Shown here piece after piece: positions 57,823 through 64,000 of a stretch of DNA of 64,000 nucleotides; the stretch's first letter is position 1; each line of letters opens with the position of its first letter. The stretch covers positions 35,708 through 99,707 of the forward strand of contig JANRLD010000054.1 in assembly GCA_033762915.1 (NCBI GenBank). The letters run 5' to 3'. The position numbers and the translations under genes were made by a program. Source of the stretch: Meiothermus sp. Lineage in GTDB: Bacteria; Deinococcota; Deinococci; Deinococcales; Thermaceae. The notes under the pieces are model-generated. The model was not told where the DNA came from. It saw nothing but the letters and a program-made list of their open reading frames with translations, and did not search any database.

Positions 57823-58943
57823 ACAACGAGCGCCAAGATTCGAGGGTCAGGAGCCAGGGGCAAGTGGTCAGCGTGCAGAGTGCAGCGGGCAGCGGAAAAG
57901 TGCTGTTGCTGGCCCTCACCGTTCACCTCTTCGCCTTCGCACCATTTCACCTCTCTATCGCCCAAGCCCAGCCGATCACCCTCACCCAGGCCCTGAACCA
58001 GTCGTTCAGCACCGGGCCAGACATGAGCATCGCCAGAGCTAATCTGGCCCAAGCTCAGGCCAACCGCAAAGCGCAGGAGGCCGACCCCAGCAGCCCCGAG
58101 GACCTGCTGGTGCGCGTGCGCAACGCCGAGCGGCTGGCCCAGGTGCGGGTAGAGCAGGCCCAGCGCGAAACGCTCCAGAACGTGCTGGGGGTCTACCTCG
58201 GCATCGCCGAAGTTCAGCAGAGCCTCGAGGTGCTGCTGGCCCAGGTGACCTTCAACGGGCGCAACCTCGAGGTCGCCAGGTCACGCCTGGGCAACAAAGT
58301 CGGCACCCCGCTCGACGTGAGCCGCGCCGAAAACACGCTGGCCGGGAGCCGTCAGTTGGTCGCAAACACCCAGTCGCAGTTGCCGGTCTTGACCACACGG
58401 CTCGAGACCCTCCTCGGACTCAACGCCAACGCGAACCCGGCCGTCGTGCCGCTGGGCGAGGTGCAAGAGCGCCCACTCGACCTTCGCACGCTCAGCAGCG
58501 GTTTACTGGACCGGCTGCCCAGCGTGGTCGAGGTCCGCAACGGCCTGGTCGAAGCCGAGCTGGCGGTCAAGCTCACCGACAACGACTACACCCCCGAACT
58601 CACCAAGCGCGAGGCCCTTACCCTGCGCAACAACGCCAGACTGGGCCTCAGGGCGGCCGAGCAGGCCGCAGCCGCCAACCTCGCCGATGCCTTCCGCGCT
58701 GCGCTCGACGCCCAGCAGCAGATCCAGATCAGGAGCCGCGACCTCGCCAACGCCAGCGAGGGCCACCGCCAGAATCAGATCCGGCTGAACGCAGGAACCA
58801 TTTCGGGGCTGCAGCTCCAGGGGAGTGAACTCGAGCTGCGCTCTGCCCGCCTGCAACTGGTGCAAGCCCAGTACGCCTACCTCCGCGCCCTGGCCGCGCT
58901 CTCGGTGGCGGCGGGCCAGGACGTGACGGGGTTGGTCAAGTAG
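57819..58943 (+). CDS. TolC family outer-membrane efflux protein
   Basis: ITLTQAL, RLNAGTISGLQL helical repeats; GTGA overlap. Confidence 0.82.
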   Translation: MNNERQDSRVRSQGQVVSVQSAAGSGKVLLLALTVHLFAFAPFHLSIAQAQPITLTQALNQSFSTGPDMSIARANLAQAQANRKAQEADPSSPEDLLVRVRNAERLAQVRVEQAQRETLQNVLGVYLGIAEVQQSLEVLLAQVTFNGRNLEVARSRLGNKVGTPLDVSRAENTLAGSRQLVANTQSQLPVLTTRLETLLGLNANANPAVVPLGEVQERPLDLRTLSSGLLDRLPSVVEVRNGLVEAELAVKLTDNDYTPELTKREALTLRNNARLGLRAAEQAAAANLADAFRAALDAQQQIQIRSRDLANASEGHRQNQIRLNAGTISGLQLQGSELELRSARLQLVQAQYAYLRALAALSVAAGQDVTGLVK

Positions 58944-59016
58944 CCCCACCCAATGCCCACCCTCCGCTTCGCTCCGCCCTCTCTCTAGGTGAGAGTGGCT
59001 CTTCCTGGAGGAGATT

Positions 59017-60297
59017 TTGATGCAGCGCACCATCTTAATCGCACTTATCGCCCTGGCGGTACTGGGGGCCGGCGGCTGGTTCTTGTTGGGCGCGAACGCC
59101 CCATCCAGCACTCTGTCCAGCGTCCCCCAAGCGCCCACCGCGGCCCAAACGCCACCCGGCACACCGCTACCGGCCCAGGCCGTGCAGGCCGTCGAGGCCA
59201 GAGCGGGCCAGCTCTTCACCACCCGTAGCGTGAGCGGGACGCTACAGGCCGCCACCGACGCCCAGGTCGCCTCCGAGGCGGGCGGGCGGGTCACCCAGGT
59301 TCTCAGGCGCGAGGGCGACCGGGTGCAAGAAGGAGAGACCGTAGTCGTCACCGACGACACTGCGCTGCGCCAGCAGCTCCAGGGCGCACAGCTCGGCTTG
59401 CGAAACGCGCAACTCCAGCTCGAGGCCGCCCAGCGCCAGAGCCCCGAGGGCGTGGCCCAGGCCCGGCTGGCCCTGGTGAGCGCCCAGAGTGCGTTGCGGA
59501 GCGCCCAACAGAGCCACACCGCCAATCAGAGGCTCTTCGAGCTTCAGGGGGTCTCGCAGGTCGAGCTCAACCAGAGCCGCAACGCTGTGGATCAGGCCCA
59601 AACAGCCTTGCGCTCGGCTCAGGACAGTCTGGCTCGAGCCAGTCGCGCCGTTCAGGAGGGCGTGGCCCAACTCCAGATACAAGTCGAGCAAGCCAGAAAC
59701 CAGATCGCCCAGCTCGAGCGCCAGATCGAGCAGACCCGGGTCAAAGCCCCGTTCAGCGGAACCGTTATCGAGCAGAGGGCCGAAATCGGGGTGACGCTCG
59801 CACCCGGCAGCCCGGTCTTCCGGCTGGTGGACACCCGCAGCCTCCAGGCCCGCTTCAGCGTGACCAGCGCGGACGCGGCCCTGCTCCCCGTCGGTGCACA
59901 GGTGAGCATTCAGGCCGCAGGCCAGCGCTTCCAGGCCAAGATCAGCCGAAGCGCGGGCGCGCCTGTAGAGAACCGCCTGGTTGGGCTGCAGGCCCGCTTT
60001 CTGCCGGCCCAGGACACCTCACAGCTCGCCGCAGGTGCGGTGGTGACGGTGCGCTACAACGTGCGGCTGGCCGAAGGCGTGCTGATCCCCTCAAGCGCCA
60101 TCCAGACCGAAGAGGGCAACAACTTCGCCTTTGTGGTGAAGGATGGCAAGGCCGCTCGGGTGAGGCTCGAGAGCCTGGCCGAGACCGGCGGCCGCAGCGC
60201 GGTGCGCGGCCTGCCCGCCGGGAGCCGCGTGATCTCCCCGGTTCCGGCCGGCCTCCAGGCGGGCAACCCGGTGAATGTGGTCCGAGGTGGGCCATGA
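59017..60297 (+). CDS. RND efflux membrane fusion (periplasmic adaptor) protein
   Basis: GGRVTQVL.REGDRVQEGE, coiled hairpin, VKAPFSGTV, LIPSSAI. Confidence 0.93.
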   Translation: MMQRTILIALIALAVLGAGGWFLLGANAPSSTLSSVPQAPTAAQTPPGTPLPAQAVQAVEARAGQLFTTRSVSGTLQAATDAQVASEAGGRVTQVLRREGDRVQEGETVVVTDDTALRQQLQGAQLGLRNAQLQLEAAQRQSPEGVAQARLALVSAQSALRSAQQSHTANQRLFELQGVSQVELNQSRNAVDQAQTALRSAQDSLARASRAVQEGVAQLQIQVEQARNQIAQLERQIEQTRVKAPFSGTVIEQRAEIGVTLAPGSPVFRLVDTRSLQARFSVTSADAALLPVGAQVSIQAAGQRFQAKISRSAGAPVENRLVGLQARFLPAQDTSQLAAGAVVTVRYNVRLAEGVLIPSSAIQTEEGNNFAFVVKDGKAARVRLESLAETGGRSAVRGLPAGSRVISPVPAGLQAGNPVNVVRGGP

Positions 60298-60456
60298 GAA
60301 ATCCCCTTTTTGCAGGGCCTGCGCCAAGCGCCCCGCGCCGTGCCCAGCCCCGCCATGCCGCCGCGCCCATCGCGCCGACGGCCCTGAAGCGGACAGGGCC
60401 GACCACATGGGATTGGCGCGACCAAGACCTCTTCCCCCAACCCTCGACGGTGCCTC

Positions 60457-63400
60457 ATGTCTAGCCCCGAATCCCCCGTCCGCGAGAATCCCGCCATTCA
60501 GTTCGCCGTCAAGCGCTATGTGCTGACGATTGGGGCCTTTATTGCGCTGGTCCTGTTCGGCCTCGTCGCGACGGTTGGGCTGCCGGTGCGGCTGCTGCCC
60601 AACTTCAGCCTGCCCATCGTCGGGGTGCAGACCGTCTACCCCGGCGGCACGCCCGAAGACCTCGAGCGCCAGGTCTCCCGCATCATCGAGGACGCGGTCT
60701 CGAGCGCCTCGGGCGTGGTGGAGATCGCCAGCTCGAGCGGGGGCGGGGCCAGCCTGGTCACCATCACCTTCAACGAGCGCACCAACCCCGACGCCGCCGC
60801 CAACGAGATCTCACAGCGCGTCGCGGCCGTCCGCGACCAGCTGCCCCAGGCCGCGCAGGCCCCGACCGTGCAGAAGTTCGACCTCAACGCCTCGCCCATC
60901 CTGACCCTGGCGGTACAAAAGCCCGGCGAAGATCTGCGCACCGTCTTCGAGTGGGCCGACACGACCCTCAAGCCCCAGCTCGAGCGCGTCCCGGGCGTGG
61001 CCGAGGTCCGCATCACGGGTGCCCCGCGCCGCGAAATCCAAGTACGCCTCCAGCCCGCCAATCTCCAGGCCTTCGACCTCAGCCCCGCACAGGTGGTGAG
61101 CGCGATTCAAGCCGCTGCGCCCGACCTGCCCGCCGGCACGGTCAGCGGGGCTTCGGGCAACGTGAGCCTCTCGGCGCGGAACCAGATCACACGGCTCTCC
61201 GACCTCGAGCAGACCCTGGTCGACCCTGACCGGGGGCTGCGCGTGGTTGACCTGGGCGTGGTGCGCGACACCTCGAGCCGCACCGAGCAACTGACCCGGG
61301 TCAACGGTCAGCCCGCGCTGCTGATTGACATCCGCCGCACCACCCAGGGCAACACCGCCACGGTGGCCGCGGCAGTGAAACAGGTTCTTGCCAACCTCAA
61401 AGCGCCCGAGGGCTATACCGTCTCCATCCCCTTTGACGACTCCACCATCATCGCCAAGGCGGTGAGCGACACGGCCGAGAAGGCCATCATCGCGGCAGTG
61501 GCGGTAGGGATTCTGGTGCTGCTGACACTGGGCAAACCCTACACCGCCATCGCAGTGATGCTCTCCATCCCACTTTCCATCGCCTCCGCCCCCATCCTGT
61601 TCGGGCTGATGGGCTTCAGCCTGAACGTCATCACCCTGCTGGGCATCATCGTGGCGATGGGGATCGTGGTCGACGACTCCATCGTGGTGGCGGAGAACGT
61701 CGAGCGCTACCGGCACCAGGGCCTGGGGCTGATGCAGAGCGTGACCAAGGGCGCGGCGGAGGTCTTCACGCCCGTCGCAGCAGCCACCGTCGCACTCCTG
61801 GCGGTGCTGCTCCCGCTGGCGGCCATACCCGGGGTTTCCGGCGTGCTGTTCCGCGAGTTCGGGCTGGGGGTGGCGGTGACGATCCTCTTCTCCTGGCTGG
61901 TCTCGATGTTCTTCCTCACAATGGTGATGAGCTACATCCCCGACCCCAAGACCGTGACCTGGGGCGAGGTGGCCGGTCGGCTGCGCGACTTCGGGGGCAT
62001 CGGGCGCTGGGCCACCCAGAGGCCGACCCACTGGGTGGGCTATTTGATGCTGCCGCTCAGGGTCGTGGCCTCGCCGCTGCGCTACCTACTGCTTGTTGTG
62101 CTAAACGTTGCCGCCGCCCTTATCAACACGCTCTTCGTCTGGGTCGAGGGCGGGCTGCACCGACTTTCCCTCGGATACGGCAGCACCCTGGGATGGTCGC
62201 TCAGGAACAGCGGCTGGGTGATCGTAATCGCGGCAGCCTTCTTCCTCAGCACCTTCCTGATCTTCCCGCGTATCCCCTTCGCCTTCCAGTCTCCGCTAGA
62301 CGACGGCTACCTGGCCGCGACGGTAAAGCTGCCCACCGGCTCCACGCTGGCCCAGACCAACGCGGTGACACAGCAGCTCGAGGCCATCTTCCGCTCCAAG
62401 CCCGAGGTCGAGGTCTCGCAGGCCACCGTCGGGCTCGCCAGCGACACCGGCGGGGTCGAGAGTTGGACGGCTCGAGTCCAGCTCAAGCTGGTCCCCAAGG
62501 CCCAGCGCGAGAACTTCCAGGTGCTGATCGAGAGGTACCGGAAGGAACTCGAGGCCCGCTTTGCCAACCGCCCAGACGTGGAAATCCGTGTGGGCCAGGG
62601 CAGCTTGGGCACCGCCGGCGACCTGGTACTCTCGCTGAACGCCAGCAGCGTGCAGGTGCTTCGCGAGCGCCTGCCCCAGGTACTGGCCGAAATCCGCCGC
62701 AACCCCAATGTGGTGGGCGCTCGAAGCTCGCAGGCCGAGACCACCCAGGAGCAGGTCTTTGTCAGCGACAAGAGCCGGCTGGCGGGCACCGGCCTCACCC
62801 CGCAGGATGTGGCGGTCGCGCTGCGCGCCTTCAACGAGGGCGAGTTCGCCGCCAACTACCGCGATGGTGCCAACTCGTACAGGGTGCGCGTCCGCCTCGC
62901 CCCCGAGGCCATCCGCGACCGCGACTCGCTGCTGGCCCTTCCCGTTTTCGCCCCCGAGCTGGGCACCAATCTGCCGCTGGGCGAACTCGGGCGCTTCCAG
63001 GAGACCCGGTCACCCGCCACCATCAACCGCACCAACAAGGCCTACAGCACCACCCTCAACATCACCCTGCGCCCAAACAACCCCGGCGTCTTGCAGATGC
63101 AGACCGAGATAGAAAACCATCTCCGGGCCAAGGGCCTGCTCGACGCGCAGTTCGACCTCGCCCCGGCCGGCGCACTCTCCGATGCCGCGCTCACGCAAGG
63201 ACTGGTGGTCTACGGCGGGCTGGCGGTGCTGCTCTCTGTGGTGCTGAGCTACTTGGTGCTGGGCGCCCAGTTCAACAGCTTCCGCTACCCGGTGTATCTG
63301 CTGCTGCCCGTCCCGCTGGCGATCCTGGGCGGGGTGTGGGGGCTGTTCTTCTTCCGCACCGGCATTGATGTGTTCACCGTGCTGGGGATGGTGGTGCTGC

Positions 63401-63747
63401 TGGGGCTGGCCATCAAGAACGCGATTTTGCTGCTCGACTTTGCGATCCAGCGATCCAGGCTCGAGTCCCTCGCCGAGGCCCTGATTGACGCGGGCAAGCT
63501 GCGCCTGCGCCCGATCCTGATGACCAGCGCGGCAGCCGTGGTCACCGCCATCCCCATCATCGCCGCCGAGGGCGACGGGGCTGAGTTGCGGCGCGGCCTG
63601 GGCATCGTGCTGCTGTTCGGGATGATCGTAAGTACGATCCTGACGCTGTACGTGGTGCCCGCGGTGTTCTACCGCTTCGAGAGGGGGCGGATGGAGCGCA
63701 AGGAGCAGCCTACCCGAGCCAAGCCCGTGCCCGTGGCAGGCGACTGA
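60457..63747 (+). CDS. RND efflux transporter permease (AcrB/HAE1 family)
   Basis: YPGGTPEDLE, GIVVDDSIVVAENV, KNAILLLDFA, RLRPILMTS. Confidence 0.96.
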   Translation: MSSPESPVRENPAIQFAVKRYVLTIGAFIALVLFGLVATVGLPVRLLPNFSLPIVGVQTVYPGGTPEDLERQVSRIIEDAVSSASGVVEIASSSGGGASLVTITFNERTNPDAAANEISQRVAAVRDQLPQAAQAPTVQKFDLNASPILTLAVQKPGEDLRTVFEWADTTLKPQLERVPGVAEVRITGAPRREIQVRLQPANLQAFDLSPAQVVSAIQAAAPDLPAGTVSGASGNVSLSARNQITRLSDLEQTLVDPDRGLRVVDLGVVRDTSSRTEQLTRVNGQPALLIDIRRTTQGNTATVAAAVKQVLANLKAPEGYTVSIPFDDSTIIAKAVSDTAEKAIIAAVAVGILVLLTLGKPYTAIAVMLSIPLSIASAPILFGLMGFSLNVITLLGIIVAMGIVVDDSIVVAENVERYRHQGLGLMQSVTKGAAEVFTPVAAATVALLAVLLPLAAIPGVSGVLFREFGLGVAVTILFSWLVSMFFLTMVMSYIPDPKTVTWGEVAGRLRDFGGIGRWATQRPTHWVGYLMLPLRVVASPLRYLLLVVLNVAAALINTLFVWVEGGLHRLSLGYGSTLGWSLRNSGWVIVIAAAFFLSTFLIFPRIPFAFQSPLDDGYLAATVKLPTGSTLAQTNAVTQQLEAIFRSKPEVEVSQATVGLASDTGGVESWTARVQLKLVPKAQRENFQVLIERYRKELEARFANRPDVEIRVGQGSLGTAGDLVLSLNASSVQVLRERLPQVLAEIRRNPNVVGARSSQAETTQEQVFVSDKSRLAGTGLTPQDVAVALRAFNEGEFAANYRDGANSYRVRVRLAPEAIRDRDSLLALPVFAPELGTNLPLGELGRFQETRSPATINRTNKAYSTTLNITLRPNNPGVLQMQTEIENHLRAKGLLDAQFDLAPAGALSDAALTQGLVVYGGLAVLLSVVLSYLVLGAQFNSFRYPVYLLLPVPLAILGGVWGLFFFRTGIDVFTVLGMVVLLGLAIKNAILLLDFAIQRSRLESLAEALIDAGKLRLRPILMTSAAAVVTAIPIIAAEGDGAELRRGLGIVLLFGMIVSTILTLYVVPAVFYRFERGRMERKEQPTRAKPVPVAGD

Positions 63748-63754
63748 GGTTGAT

Positions 63755-64000
63755 ATGCGGACCGACGATGGGTTCAACCTCGAGATTCGCCGTGGCCTCC
63801 CACCAGAGCTACGGACGGAGGCCGCAAAACTCTATCTCGAGGCCTTTGGGCGTAAGCTCAGCCCAATGGTGGGCACGGGCGAGCGGGCGGCAGGGTTGCT
63901 CCAGGACGCTCTCGAGCCAGAGTTATGCTTCGTGGCCCTGGATGGTTTGAGGCTGCTCGGTCTGGTGGGGATGCAGTTTGGTGGTCGGGCGTTCACCCAG
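63755..64000 (+). CDS. putative GNAT acetyltransferase, N-terminal part (runs off window)
   Basis: GAGG RBS; open frame MRTDDGFNLEIRRGLPPELRTEAAKLYLEAFGRKL...CFVALDG..LLGLVG. Confidence 0.6.
   Translation, partial: MRTDDGFNLEIRRGLPPELRTEAAKLYLEAFGRKLSPMVGTGERAAGLLQDALEPELCFVALDGLRLLGLVGMQFGGRAFTQ

Noticed and set aside
236..63777. Numerous long antisense or alternate-frame ORFs (e.g. 12940-14052, 14602-15765, 51557-52873, 60811-62031, 62193-63368)
   Set aside because: They shadow well-supported genes, lack motifs and are expected in high-GC DNA with few stop codons

Overview
GC-rich bacterial chromosomal segment. Gene content and a strong excess of CTCGAG suggest Deinococcota, Meiothermus/Calidithermus-like (inference). 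In order it holds: the 3' part of sbcC; two FtsX/LolE-type permeases; an M66-type metalloprotease lipoprotein; and a ~20 kb GntR(UTRA)-controlled catabolic island of unknown substrate. The island's left arm encodes a cytochrome P450 lacking the conserved I-helix Thr, a TIM-barrel isomerase and a hydroxyacid-oxoacid transhydrogenase. Its right arm encodes a fucose-isomerase-like protein, ABC importer, ADP-ribosylglycohydrolase, nucleoside hydrolase, an aldolase with an in-frame stop, TPP-dependent E1 alpha/beta without E2/E3, nucleoside phosphorylase, ketose 3-epimerase, DhaL/DhaK, a PTE-like hydrolase and an SDR. Next is a sulfate-assimilation cluster (rrf2, hypothetical, cysC, cysH, sat, sbp, cysT, cysW, cysA, hmuTUV, DUF1802, sulfite reductase). 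It is headed by a SAM-I riboswitch whose P1 overlaps the SD of an unannotated 47-codon ORF, carries a repeated GACAA-N3-TTGT operator-like motif, and is flanked by degenerate direct repeats. Then come a two-component system with a divergent envelope operon (c-type cytochrome plus PHM/DBH-type copper monooxygenase), an accessory patch (APCDD1-like protein, beta-propeller, VOC, AraC, two broken genes), and a second two-component system with a TolC-TolC-MFP-RND efflux operon. No rRNA, tRNA, CRISPR array or transposase was recognised. All family assignments come from motif recognition by eye, not database searches.
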